A stretch of 64,000 bases of DNA, from the NCBI GenBank assembly GCA_027621175.1, contig JAQCCM010000003.1, forward strand, positions 24,845 through 88,844, given 5' to 3'. Under the pieces are notes generated by a model. The model ran no database searches, had not been told where the DNA came from, and was given only the letters and a program-made list of their open reading frames with translations. Source of the DNA: Bacteroidota bacterium. GTDB taxonomy: Bacteria > Bacteroidota > Bacteroidia > Flavobacteriales > Flavobacteriaceae. Position 1 is the first letter of the stretch. Each line of letters starts with the position of its first letter. Below are positions 1-8,821 of the stretch, one piece after another. A program made the position numbers and the translations under genes.

Positions 1-180
1 TATAAGAATACGAGAACCGAAATTATTTTTGATCCTGAAAGCACCTCATTTAAAGAAATCATTGCGTTTATGGATTTACATAAAAATTCATTCTCTTATA
101 AATTTCTGAGTTCAGATAAAAGTCATGCCGTAGGAAGCAACTCTAGTAATACCAAAGGTGAAGTGCTTGTAATGTCTTAG
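1..180 (+). CDS. 3' end of an unidentified CDS that starts upstream of the window
   Basis: Frame 1 is open from base 1 to TAG at 178..180 (translation ...HAVGSNSSNTKGEVLVMS*). I recognise no motif. Confidence 0.3.
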   Translation, partial: YKNTRTEIIFDPESTSFKEIIAFMDLHKNSFSYKFLSSDKSHAVGSNSSNTKGEVLVMS

Positions 181-200
181 TGCAACCCGTGATTTATTCG

Positions 201-208
201 TACTTTTG
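201..208 (+). promoter_or_regulatory. Candidate Bacteroidota -7 promoter box (TACTTTTG)
   Basis: Perfect TAnnTTTG, 13 nt upstream of the ATG at 222. Confidence 0.45.
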
Positions 209-221
209 AAAAAAAATTGAA

Positions 222-1538
222 ATGCCCATTTATCAGCTTGTTTTACCCGCAATGGGAGAGAGTGTTTCAGAAGCGACCGTTACGCAATGGTTGAAAAAAG
301 AAGGTGATACCGTAGTTGCTGACGAAGCGGTTGTTGAGGTTGCTACCGATAAGGTTGACTCTGAGGTAGCGAGTGAGTATAGCGGAGTAATTAAAGAAAT
401 TTTACATCCTGTAAATGCTGTTGTTGCTGTGGACGCACCCTTGGCTCTCATCGAAACGGATGAAGAAATTCCCCAACAAACTACTAGCGAAACAACAGCT
501 CCAATTGAAACTTTACCCGAGGAAATAGCTATTGAAAATAGCATAGCCGAAACCGCTGAAACTTATATGCATCAAGCGCAAGATCTGGTTGCTCCTGTAA
601 CGCAATCTTCAACGGATGATGCTCGTTTTTATTCACCATTAGTAAAAAATATTGCCAAGCAAGAAAATATTTCCGAAAAAGAACTGGCAACTATTTCTGG
701 CACAGGAAAAGATGATCGTGTAACCAAGCGTGATATTTTGGCGTATGTGCAAAATAGAAAAGCACCGCAATCACAAAAGCCACCTCTTGTCAAAGCGCCC
801 ATTGCTACACCCCGAATTTCCAGAAGCATTGAAGATGCAATAGTTCCCATGACACGTATGGAACAAGTGATTTCGGAGCACATGACACGAAGTCTTCAAA
901 CATCAGCACACGTACAGTCTTTTATAGAAATTGATGTAACCAAATTGTGGAAGTGGCGGGAAAAAGCAAAGCAAGATTTTGTAAAACAACACGGGGTGAA
1001 ACTTACCTTCACGCCCATATTTTTTCAGCTTGTAGCACAAATTTTACCCGAGTTCCCATTGCTAAACAGTTCCTTAGACGGCACAGATATTATCAAGAAA
1101 AAAGATATTAATTTGGGGATGGCTACCGCCTTACCTGATGGAAATCTTATCGTTCCTGTTATCAAGCAGGCCGATTCGCTTAACCTTGTTGGGTTGGCAA
1201 AAAAGGTACACGAATTGGCTTCTAATGCCAGAAACAATGCCTTAAACCCCGATGACGTTCAGGGTGGAACCTATACGATTACCAACGTGGGAATGTTTGG
1301 TAGTTTGACTGGAACTCCTATCATCAATCAGCCACAAGTTGCCATTCTAGCACTAGGTGCCATACGGAAAGTACCTGCTGTTTTGGAAACCGAACACGGC
1401 GATGTGATTGCAGTGCGCCACCAAATGGTGGTGTCACATAGTTATGATCACCGTATCATCAATGGGGCTATGGGAGGTATGTTTTTACTTCGTTTAAAAG
1501 AGCGCATTGAAAATTGGGACGAAACAAAAACACTATGA
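222..1538 (+). CDS. 2-oxoacid dehydrogenase E2 component (dihydrolipoamide acyltransferase), single lipoyl domain
   Basis: Lipoyl-attachment motif VATDKVDSEV. Subunit-binding domain FYSPLVKNIAKQ...GTGKDDRVTKRDI. Catalytic C-terminal motif SHSYDHRIINGA. Confidence 0.9.
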   Translation: MPIYQLVLPAMGESVSEATVTQWLKKEGDTVVADEAVVEVATDKVDSEVASEYSGVIKEILHPVNAVVAVDAPLALIETDEEIPQQTTSETTAPIETLPEEIAIENSIAETAETYMHQAQDLVAPVTQSSTDDARFYSPLVKNIAKQENISEKELATISGTGKDDRVTKRDILAYVQNRKAPQSQKPPLVKAPIATPRISRSIEDAIVPMTRMEQVISEHMTRSLQTSAHVQSFIEIDVTKLWKWREKAKQDFVKQHGVKLTFTPIFFQLVAQILPEFPLLNSSLDGTDIIKKKDINLGMATALPDGNLIVPVIKQADSLNLVGLAKKVHELASNARNNALNPDDVQGGTYTITNVGMFGSLTGTPIINQPQVAILALGAIRKVPAVLETEHGDVIAVRHQMVVSHSYDHRIINGAMGGMFLLRLKERIENWDETKTL

Positions 1539-1539
1539 T

Positions 1540-2313
1540 ATGGAACTCTCATTAACGCGTCCACTTTGTTTTTTCGATTTGGAAACCACAGGAGTAAATG
1601 TGGCAAAAGATCGCATTGTAGAAATTTCTATTTTGAAGGTTTTTCCAAATGGTAATAAAGAAGGAAAAACATGGCTGGTAAATCCGGAAATGCCCATTCC
1701 GCCACAAACCACAGCCGTACATGGCATCACAGATGAAAAAGTTGCAAACGAGCCTACTTTTAAGCAACTTAGTAAGCAGGTTAACGATATGATTAAGGGC
1801 TCTGATTTGGCGGGCTTTAATTCAGATCGATTTGATATTCCGCTATTGGCAGAAGAGATGCTTCGCGCTGGAATTGATGTGGATTTTAAAAAGCAACTCA
1901 CCGTAGATGTGCAAACCATTTTTCACAAAATGGAAAAGCGAAACCTAAGTGCAGCTTATTCTTTTTATTGTGGCAAAAACCTAGAAAATGCGCACAGTGC
2001 CGAGGCAGATACTACAGCAACCTATGAGGTGCTTAAGGCGCAAATTGAAAAATACGATGAATTAGAAAACGATGTTGTGAAGTTAAGCGCCTTTTCTACA
2101 AGGCGTAAAAGCATAGACTTTGCAGGTTTTATTCTTGCAGACGATGACGGTGACCCCTCCTTTAGTTTTGGAAAGCATAAAGGAAAAAAAGTAGTGGATG
2201 TATTACAACGCGAACCAGGATATTTTAGTTGGTTGTTAGATGCAGATTTTCCGCTTTATACTAAAAAAGTCCTCACTGCCATACGATTGGAAACCTTGAA
2301 CACCAATTCATGA
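1540..2313 (+). CDS. DnaQ-like DEDDh 3'-5' exonuclease domain protein
   Basis: Exo motifs FFDLETTG, NSDRFDIPLL and HSAEADT. I chose the ATG at 1540 (MELSLTRPLCFFDLE), just after the E2 stop, over the ORF-track start at 1507, which would overlap E2 by 32 nt. Confidence 0.8.
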   Translation: MELSLTRPLCFFDLETTGVNVAKDRIVEISILKVFPNGNKEGKTWLVNPEMPIPPQTTAVHGITDEKVANEPTFKQLSKQVNDMIKGSDLAGFNSDRFDIPLLAEEMLRAGIDVDFKKQLTVDVQTIFHKMEKRNLSAAYSFYCGKNLENAHSAEADTTATYEVLKAQIEKYDELENDVVKLSAFSTRRKSIDFAGFILADDDGDPSFSFGKHKGKKVVDVLQREPGYFSWLLDADFPLYTKKVLTAIRLETLNTNS

Positions 2314-2921
2314 AAATTATTTGCATTGGCAGAAACTATGCAGCACACATTGACGAGTTGCAAAATGTTCGTCCAGATGAACCTGTTATTTTTATTAAGC
2401 CTGACACCGCCATTGCGCAGTCCAATCTTCCGTTCTTTATCCCTGAATTTTCAAATGATGTTCATCACGAGGTTGAGGTATTGGTTAAAATTAATCGCAT
2501 TGGAAAACACATTCAATCCAAGTTTGCCCATAAATACTATAACGAAATAGGATTAGGTATTGATTTTACCGCACGTGATCTGCAACAAAAACTTAAATCG
2601 AATGGACTTCCATGGGAAAAGGCAAAGGCATTTGATGGCTCGGCCGTGGTGGGAAAGTGGTTTGATAAATCCTCCCTTGGCGATTTGTCGAATATCCCGT
2701 TTTCACTCCGTAAAAATGGGGAAGTGGTACAAGAAGCCAACACCAGTCTAATGCTTTGGAACATTGATGAAATCATTGCACATGTGTCTCAATTTTTCAC
2801 ATTAAAAATTGGAGATATTTTGTTTACAGGAACGCCTGCTGGTGTAAGTGCTGTGGCAAAAAACGACAAATTAGAGGGGTTCATACAAGAGCACAAAGCA
2901 TTTTCAGTAACTGTAAAATAG
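2310..2921 (+). CDS. Fumarylacetoacetate hydrolase (FAH) family protein
   Basis: About 200 aa, N-terminus KIICIGRNY, C-terminal motif GDILFTGTPAGV. ATGA overlap with the upstream gene. Confidence 0.8.
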   Translation: MKIICIGRNYAAHIDELQNVRPDEPVIFIKPDTAIAQSNLPFFIPEFSNDVHHEVEVLVKINRIGKHIQSKFAHKYYNEIGLGIDFTARDLQQKLKSNGLPWEKAKAFDGSAVVGKWFDKSSLGDLSNIPFSLRKNGEVVQEANTSLMLWNIDEIIAHVSQFFTLKIGDILFTGTPAGVSAVAKNDKLEGFIQEHKAFSVTVK

Positions 2922-4166
2922 ATGAGAGCAGATATCATAACTATCGGCGATGAGATTCTTATTGGGCAAATTGTGGATACGAATGCTGCTTTTCTTGGCA
3001 AAGCGCTTAACAAAATTGGGGTGGAGGTACGCCAAATACGCTCTATTTCAGATGAAAAGGAGGCAATATTAGAGGCATTTAGCGAAGCCCAAAACAATGT
3101 AGATTTGGTGGTTATAACAGGCGGTTTAGGACCAACCAAAGACGATATCACCAAACATACTTTGTGTGAATATTTTGACGACTCTTTGGTGTTTTACCCT
3201 GAAGTAATGGCTCACATTGAAATGCTTTTTTCTAAATATGTCAAAGCACCCGTAAATGCCCTAAATCGCTCTCAAGCTATGTTGCCTTCAACCTGCAAGC
3301 AGCTTTTTAATCATCATGGAACTGCTATGGGTATGTGGATGCAAAAAGAAAACACCGTTTTTGTATCGCTTCCAGGTGTACCCTTTGAGATGAAATATTT
3401 GGTCAACGAATACCTTATTCCAGGTATAAAAAAAACCTTCTCGCTTCCTGCATTGGTTAATAAAACCATGATGACTTTCGGTTTGGGAGAGAGTATCATT
3501 GCAGAAAAAATATCGGACTGGGAACATGCACTTCCACCACATATCAAATTGGCGTATTTACCCAACTTAGGGCGTGTTCGTTTGCGTTTGTCCGCAAAAG
3601 GAACGGATCAAGCCACCTTACGCAACGAAATTGATGTGCTTTTCGATGCCCTTTATCCCCTTATTGGTGAAAATATAAAGGGGTTTGAGTCCGAAGAACC
3701 CATTGAAATGCAAATTGGAAATTCCTTGAATCAAAAATCTTGGACACTTGCTACTGCCGAAAGTTGCACGGGCGGTGCTTTAGCTGCTTTGTTTACTAAA
3801 AACGCAGGTGCTTCGTCATATTTTAAAGGCTCAGTGGTCAGTTATGCTACTGAGTTAAAACATACCATTTTGGATGTTTCAAAAGATATAATATCTGAGT
3901 ATTCTGTTGTAAGTGAGCCAGTTGCATTAGCAATGGCGAAAGGTGTTTTGCGTCAAACGAACGCTGATATTGCCGTGGCTACTACTGGAAATTTTGGACC
4001 ATCAAAAGGAGATGCCGATGCCGAAATTGGTACGGTTTGCATTGCTATAATTACTCCAGAGCAAGAAGTTACAGAAACTTTTTGCTTTGGCAAACACCGT
4101 GAAAGAAACCTTCAAAAAACACTTAACAAAGCGTTGGAGTTGTTGCATGGAATGTTGGTTCATTAA
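2922..4166 (+). CDS. cinA: CinA family protein (MoCF-like domain plus nicotinamide-nucleotide amidohydrolase PncC-like domain)
   Basis: N-terminus ADIITIGDEILIGQIVDTNAAFL and ITGGLGPTKDDITK. C-terminal half ATAESCTGGALA...VATTGNFGP. Confidence 0.85.
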   Translation: MRADIITIGDEILIGQIVDTNAAFLGKALNKIGVEVRQIRSISDEKEAILEAFSEAQNNVDLVVITGGLGPTKDDITKHTLCEYFDDSLVFYPEVMAHIEMLFSKYVKAPVNALNRSQAMLPSTCKQLFNHHGTAMGMWMQKENTVFVSLPGVPFEMKYLVNEYLIPGIKKTFSLPALVNKTMMTFGLGESIIAEKISDWEHALPPHIKLAYLPNLGRVRLRLSAKGTDQATLRNEIDVLFDALYPLIGENIKGFESEEPIEMQIGNSLNQKSWTLATAESCTGGALAALFTKNAGASSYFKGSVVSYATELKHTILDVSKDIISEYSVVSEPVALAMAKGVLRQTNADIAVATTGNFGPSKGDADAEIGTVCIAIITPEQEVTETFCFGKHRERNLQKTLNKALELLHGMLVH

Positions 4167-4204
4167 CTTCGCCTAAAAAATTTTTTTAAAACACTATATT
4201 TCAC

Positions 4205-4212
4205 TAAGTTTG
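4205..4212 (+). promoter_or_regulatory. Candidate -7 promoter box (TAAGTTTG) for rpmB-rpmG-DUF4295
   Basis: Perfect TAnnTTTG, 21 nt upstream of the rpmB ATG at 4234. Confidence 0.5.
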
Positions 4213-4233
4213 CACCCTGTTAAAAAATAGGTC

Positions 4234-4470
4234 ATGTCGAAAGTATGTGAATTAACGGGCAAAAAAGCGATGGTTGGGAACAACGTGTCGCATGCCATGA
4301 ATAAAACCAAGCGCAAATTTGGCGCAAACCTTATCAAGAAACGTTTTTATCTTGTAGAGGAAGACAAGTGGATTACCCTTAAATTATCTACTTCGGCGTT
4401 AAAAACCATAAACAAAAAAGGGCTTTCAGCTGTGATTAAAGAAGCACGCGCTCAAGGTCTTATTAAATAA
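4234..4470 (+). CDS. rpmB: 50S ribosomal protein L28
   Basis: 78 aa, [29 protein letters not shown] is a typical L28 N-terminus. Confidence 0.92.
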   Translation: MSKVCELTGKKAMVGNNVSHAMNKTKRKFGANLIKKRFYLVEEDKWITLKLSTSALKTINKKGLSAVIKEARAQGLIK

Positions 4471-4478
4471 TCCACGTC

Positions 4479-4661
4479 ATGGCTAAAAAAGTAAACCGCG
4501 TTCAAGTGATTTTAGAGTGCACCGAGCACAAAGACTCTGGTCTAGCAGGAACATCACGTTATATCACAACGAAGAATAAAAAAAACACGCCAGATCGTAT
4601 TGAAATTAAAAAATTCAATCCGATTCTAAAGCGCATGACTGTTCACAAAGAAATTAAGTAA
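4479..4661 (+). CDS. rpmG: 50S ribosomal protein L33
   Basis: 60 aa, basic, ...[22 protein letters not shown]..., directly after rpmB. Confidence 0.9.
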   Translation: MAKKVNRVQVILECTEHKDSGLAGTSRYITTKNKKNTPDRIEIKKFNPILKRMTVHKEIK

Positions 4662-4663
4662 TT

Positions 4664-4816
4664 ATGGCAAAGAAAACCGTAGCAACCTTACAAACAAAAT
4701 CAAAGCGTCTTACGAAAGCCATCAAAATGGTACGTAGCGAAAAATCTGGCGCATATACCTTTGTAGAAACCATTCTGGCACCAGAATTGGTGGACAACTG
4801 GTTCTCTAAAAAATAA
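4664..4816 (+). CDS. Small DUF4295-type protein (50 aa), not in the supplied ORF track
   Basis: Manual translation from the ATG at 4664 gives MAKKTVATLQTKSKRLTKAIKMVRSEKSGAYTFVETILAPELVDNWFSKK*, with TAA at 4814..4816. It lies 2 nt after rpmG and just before a strong terminator. From memory, a small conserved ORF in this position is typical of Bacteroidota. Confidence 0.7.
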   Translation: MAKKTVATLQTKSKRLTKAIKMVRSEKSGAYTFVETILAPELVDNWFSKK

Positions 4817-4838
4817 ACCAATCCATATTAAACTATAT

Positions 4839-4866
4839 AAAAGCCACTTTTTGTGGCTTTTTTTTG
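4839..4866 (+). terminator. Rho-independent terminator of the rpmB operon
   Basis: Hairpin AAAAGCCAC-ttttt-GTGGCTTTT followed by a T-run. Confidence 0.8.
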
Positions 4867-4889
4867 TAGCCAAAACGTACCTTTAACAC

Positions 4890-5819
4890 ATGGGTTTTTT
4901 TAATACATCTTCTAAACAATTACAATCCGGAATTTCTGCTACCAAACGCGCATGGACGCAACGCCTAAAAAAAGCAGTACTGGGACGCAGTTCTGTCGAT
5001 GCTGATTTGTTAGAGGAATTAGAAGAAGTGTTGTTGATGTCTGATGTTGGCGTTGCAACAACACAAAAAATCATGGATCGGCTTCAAAAGCAGGTCGCTA
5101 AAGAAAAGTATCTCCATGTATCAGAGTTAGATAAATTGCTATACAACGAAATGGTTGCATTGCTATCGGCTACGGAATCTTCACAAAATGCCAGTACAGA
5201 CAAGCTTCAAGTAGTGTTGGTTGTCGGAGTCAATGGAGCAGGTAAAACAACTTCTATTGGTAAGTTAGCACATCGTTTTAAGAGCGAAGGTAAAAATGTC
5301 ATGTTGGCTGCGGCGGATACTTTTAGAGCAGGTGCCGTGGCACAGTTACGTTTGTGGTCCGAGCGTGTTGATGTCCCCCTTGTGGAACTTAATGCGGGAA
5401 GTGACCCGGCATCAGTAGCTTACACCGCCGTGGAGCGCGCTAAAAAAGAACAAGTAGATGTGTTGTTGATTGATACGGCAGGACGCTTACACAACAATAC
5501 CAATCTTATGCAGGAATTGGCAAAAATCCAGCGGGTTGTTCAAAAAGTAATTCCAGACGCACCTCATGAAGTATTACTCGTCTTAGACGGGGGTACAGGA
5601 CAAAATGCCTTTATGCAAGCCAAACTTTTTGCTCAAGCCACTGCTGTCTCGGGGCTTGTGCTTACCAAACTCGACGGCACGGCCAAAGGTGGTGTAGTTA
5701 TTGGAATTTCAGACGAACTCCAAGTACCCATTCGATATATTGGTGTGGGCGAGGGTCTTGAAGATTTACTTCCTTTTGATGCAAAAGAATTCTTAGATTC
5801 GTTATTTAATAATAACTAG
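4890..5819 (+). CDS. ftsY: Signal recognition particle receptor FtsY
   Basis: SRP GTPase motifs GVNGAGKTTSIGKLA, DTAGRL and TKLDGTAKGG. Confidence 0.92.
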   Translation: MGFFNTSSKQLQSGISATKRAWTQRLKKAVLGRSSVDADLLEELEEVLLMSDVGVATTQKIMDRLQKQVAKEKYLHVSELDKLLYNEMVALLSATESSQNASTDKLQVVLVVGVNGAGKTTSIGKLAHRFKSEGKNVMLAAADTFRAGAVAQLRLWSERVDVPLVELNAGSDPASVAYTAVERAKKEQVDVLLIDTAGRLHNNTNLMQELAKIQRVVQKVIPDAPHEVLLVLDGGTGQNAFMQAKLFAQATAVSGLVLTKLDGTAKGGVVIGISDELQVPIRYIGVGEGLEDLLPFDAKEFLDSLFNNN

Positions 5820-5821
5820 GA

Positions 5822-7465
5822 ATGAAAAAACTTTTGTTATTTCTATTGTTTGCAGTAATTGCTTCTTGCTCTCAGCCAGCTAAACAGTATTGGAAACCCT
5901 ATGACGAGTCAGTTGAGCTATTGGAGAATGAAACACACGAAAATTCAAGGATGCGCTATAAGCTTATTCAATCTAAATTTCACGACAAGAATGTAATGTG
6001 GTCTCCATTTGAAAAAGCACTTAATCGTTTTGGCGACAAAAAATACAATGATCTTAAACCACTAATTATCGAGCAAAATATTCCAACGATTCAACAGCAT
6101 ATTGCATCTGGAAACTTATCATATGAAGATTTAGTCACTTTTTATTTATACCGCATTCGGCTTCTAGAATCAAACCCCGAAACTACGCTTCATGCAGTGT
6201 TGGCACTAAACCCTAACATTATTGAAGAAGCCAAGCAAAATGATGCTGATAAACCTTCCACGAAGCACCCAATTTATGGAATGCCTATTTTGTTAAAAGA
6301 CAACATGAATACTGCGAACATGCCTACAACGGCAGGCGCTGCGATTTTAGAACATCATTTTCCAGACGAAGATGCTTTTGTGGTAAAAAAACTTAAAGAA
6401 AATGGCGCCCTCATTTTAGGGAAAGTAAATTTGAGTGAATGGGCGTATTATTTTTGTGATGGTTGTCCATTGGGGTATAGCGCAATAGGTGGTCAAACAT
6501 TGAATCCGTACGGAAGAAAAATATTTGAAACAGGTGGGTCGAGTTCAGGAAGTGGCGTTTCAGTTGCAGCTAATTATGCAGTTGCTGCCTTAGGCTCCGA
6601 AACTTCGGGCTCTATTTTATCACCTTCTTCAAAAAATGCTGTTGTTGGCCTAAAACCCACCATTGGATTGGTGAGCCGAACCGGAATTGTACCCATCTCT
6701 AGCACCTTGGATACTTCTGGTCCCATGACAAAAAATGTTACAGATAATGCCATTTTGTTGGATGCCATAACAGCAGTTGACCAAAAAGATTCCGTAACGC
6801 TATCAGCACCACGACTTGGCTTGTTTCTTGAGTCCACAAAACAAACATCATTGAAAGGCATACGTTTAGGCGCTATTTCCGCTCTGATAGAGACAGATTC
6901 ATTATATCGTGATGCTATTGATGACTTAAAAAAAGCAGGAGCTGAAGTTGTTAAAATGGCTCCAACAAATGTTTCTCTGTCGGGTTTTGCAACTATATTG
7001 AGCGGAGATATGAAGCGAGATTTACCTGCTTATTTTTCGGCTACTTCAACGGCTGGTTTTTCGAATTTGGATGTACAAAAAATTATAAATTTCAATTCAA
7101 GCGATAGCTTGCGATATATGCCTTACAATCAAGCTAGATTAGACGGTGTACTTGCCGATACCGTTTCTGCACAACGTTTGGTAAATATCAAAAAACAATT
7201 AAATAAAAATGCTTCCAGCTTTTTTGACACGCCCATTAAAACGCACAAATTGGATGCTGTATTATCTATAAATAATTACCATGCCGCTTATGCCGCGATA
7301 GCTTTTTATCCATGCTTAACTGTTCCGATGGGGTATTCGGAGTTGGGTGAGCCTAAGGGTTTGACGTTTATTGCGCCTAGTTTTAATGAAGAAAAACTAC
7401 TTTCAATAGCTGCAGGATATGAAAACATTTCAAAACAGCGAAAGCTACCAAAAGGCTACGAATAA
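5822..7465 (+). CDS. Amidase-signature family protein, predicted lipoprotein
   Basis: Signal peptide with lipobox (LLFAVIASC). Amidase signature GGSSSGSGVSVAAN and LLKDN. Confidence 0.8.
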   Translation: MKKLLLFLLFAVIASCSQPAKQYWKPYDESVELLENETHENSRMRYKLIQSKFHDKNVMWSPFEKALNRFGDKKYNDLKPLIIEQNIPTIQQHIASGNLSYEDLVTFYLYRIRLLESNPETTLHAVLALNPNIIEEAKQNDADKPSTKHPIYGMPILLKDNMNTANMPTTAGAAILEHHFPDEDAFVVKKLKENGALILGKVNLSEWAYYFCDGCPLGYSAIGGQTLNPYGRKIFETGGSSSGSGVSVAANYAVAALGSETSGSILSPSSKNAVVGLKPTIGLVSRTGIVPISSTLDTSGPMTKNVTDNAILLDAITAVDQKDSVTLSAPRLGLFLESTKQTSLKGIRLGAISALIETDSLYRDAIDDLKKAGAEVVKMAPTNVSLSGFATILSGDMKRDLPAYFSATSTAGFSNLDVQKIINFNSSDSLRYMPYNQARLDGVLADTVSAQRLVNIKKQLNKNASSFFDTPIKTHKLDAVLSINNYHAAYAAIAFYPCLTVPMGYSELGEPKGLTFIAPSFNEEKLLSIAAGYENISKQRKLPKGYE

Positions 7466-7468
7466 AGC

Positions 7469-8785
7469 ATGCGAACAAAATCAACAAAAAAAAATAAGAT
7501 AAACGTTGTTACCCTAGGGTGTTCCAAAAACATCTACGATTCTGAGGTGTTGATGGGGCAACTTAAGGCCAGCAATAAAGAGGTAGTTCACGAAGAACAA
7601 GGGAATATTGTTGTGGTGAATACCTGTGGTTTTATTGACAACGCCAAAGAAGAATCGGTGAATACCATCTTGTCATTTGCTGAACAAAAAGAACAAGGTA
7701 AGATTGATAAGCTTTTTGTGACAGGTTGTTTAAGTGAGCGTTATAAGCCCGAATTAGAAGCTGAAATTCCAAACGTAGATGATTATTTTGGCACAACTGA
7801 TTTGCCACTTTTACTTAAAGCTTTAGGGGCAGATTACCGCCATGAGTTACTTGGAGAGCGTCTTACGACCACACCCAAAAATTATGCATATTTAAAAATT
7901 TCAGAAGGATGTGATCGCCCATGTTCGTTCTGTGCCATTCCACTTATGCGCGGTTCACATCGTTCTAAACCCATTGAAGACTTGGTTCAAGAAGCTACAG
8001 GGCTTGCCAAAAACGGAGTAAAAGAACTCATTATTATTGCTCAAGATTCTACCTATTATGGATTAGATTTATATAAAGAAAGACGTTTGGCAGATTTGCT
8101 CAAGGCACTTGCTCAGGTTGAAGGCATCGTTTGGATACGCTTGCATTATGCTTTTCCCACGGGCTTTCCCGAGGATGTGTTAGAAGTAATTGCAACAGAA
8201 CCAAAAGTGTGTTCCTATATTGATATTCCTCTGCAGCATATTTCAGATACTGTTTTACGATCCATGCGGCGAGGAACTACCCAGGAAAAAACCACCGCTT
8301 TGCTTAAGAAATTTAGAACTGCAGTTCCTGATATGGTGATTCGCACTTCGCTTATTTTAGGTTATCCCGGCGAAACGGAAGAAGATTTTGAGTTGCTAAA
8401 GTCTTGGGTGAAAGAAATGCGTTTTGAACGGTTGGGTTGTTTTCAGTACAGTCATGAAGAAAATACGCACGCACACGCACTAGAAGATGATGTGCCTACC
8501 GAAGTAAAACAAGCGCGCGTAAACGAGCTCATGGAACTTCAAGCACAGATTTCTTGGGAAAAGAATCAGGCATTCATTGGCAAAACATTAAAATGCGTGA
8601 TCGACAGAAAAGAAGGGAATTATTTTGTTGGGCGCACCGAATTTGATTCTCCTGATGTGGATAATGAGGTGTGGGTGGATGCGAAACAGCACTACCTAAA
8701 GGTGGGTGATTTTGCCGATTTGACGATTACCGCTGCACAAGATTTTGATTTAGAGGCCATTCCTGCCAAGGAAGAAATGGCGTAG
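7469..8785 (+). CDS. rimO: Ribosomal protein S12 methylthiotransferase RimO
   Basis: N-terminal UPF0004 cysteines (LGCSKN, NTCGF), radical-SAM CDRPCSFC and a C-terminal TRAM-like region. Confidence 0.88.
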   Translation: MRTKSTKKNKINVVTLGCSKNIYDSEVLMGQLKASNKEVVHEEQGNIVVVNTCGFIDNAKEESVNTILSFAEQKEQGKIDKLFVTGCLSERYKPELEAEIPNVDDYFGTTDLPLLLKALGADYRHELLGERLTTTPKNYAYLKISEGCDRPCSFCAIPLMRGSHRSKPIEDLVQEATGLAKNGVKELIIIAQDSTYYGLDLYKERRLADLLKALAQVEGIVWIRLHYAFPTGFPEDVLEVIATEPKVCSYIDIPLQHISDTVLRSMRRGTTQEKTTALLKKFRTAVPDMVIRTSLILGYPGETEEDFELLKSWVKEMRFERLGCFQYSHEENTHAHALEDDVPTEVKQARVNELMELQAQISWEKNQAFIGKTLKCVIDRKEGNYFVGRTEFDSPDVDNEVWVDAKQHYLKVGDFADLTITAAQDFDLEAIPAKEEMA

Positions 8786-8809
8786 TATGCATCAATTGCA
8801 TACATTAAC

Positions 8810-8817
8810 TACTTTTG
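8810..8817 (+). promoter_or_regulatory. Candidate -7 promoter box (TACTTTTG) for bshC
   Basis: Perfect TAnnTTTG, only 4 nt upstream of the GTG at 8822. Confidence 0.4.
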
Positions 8818-8821
8818 CCAC

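Noticed and set aside
8786-8802. Small hairpin TATGCA-tcaat-TGCATA just after rimO
   Set aside because: It is a 6-bp AT-rich stem with no following T-run, and it overlaps the region just upstream of the bshC -7 box. That is too weak to call a terminator.
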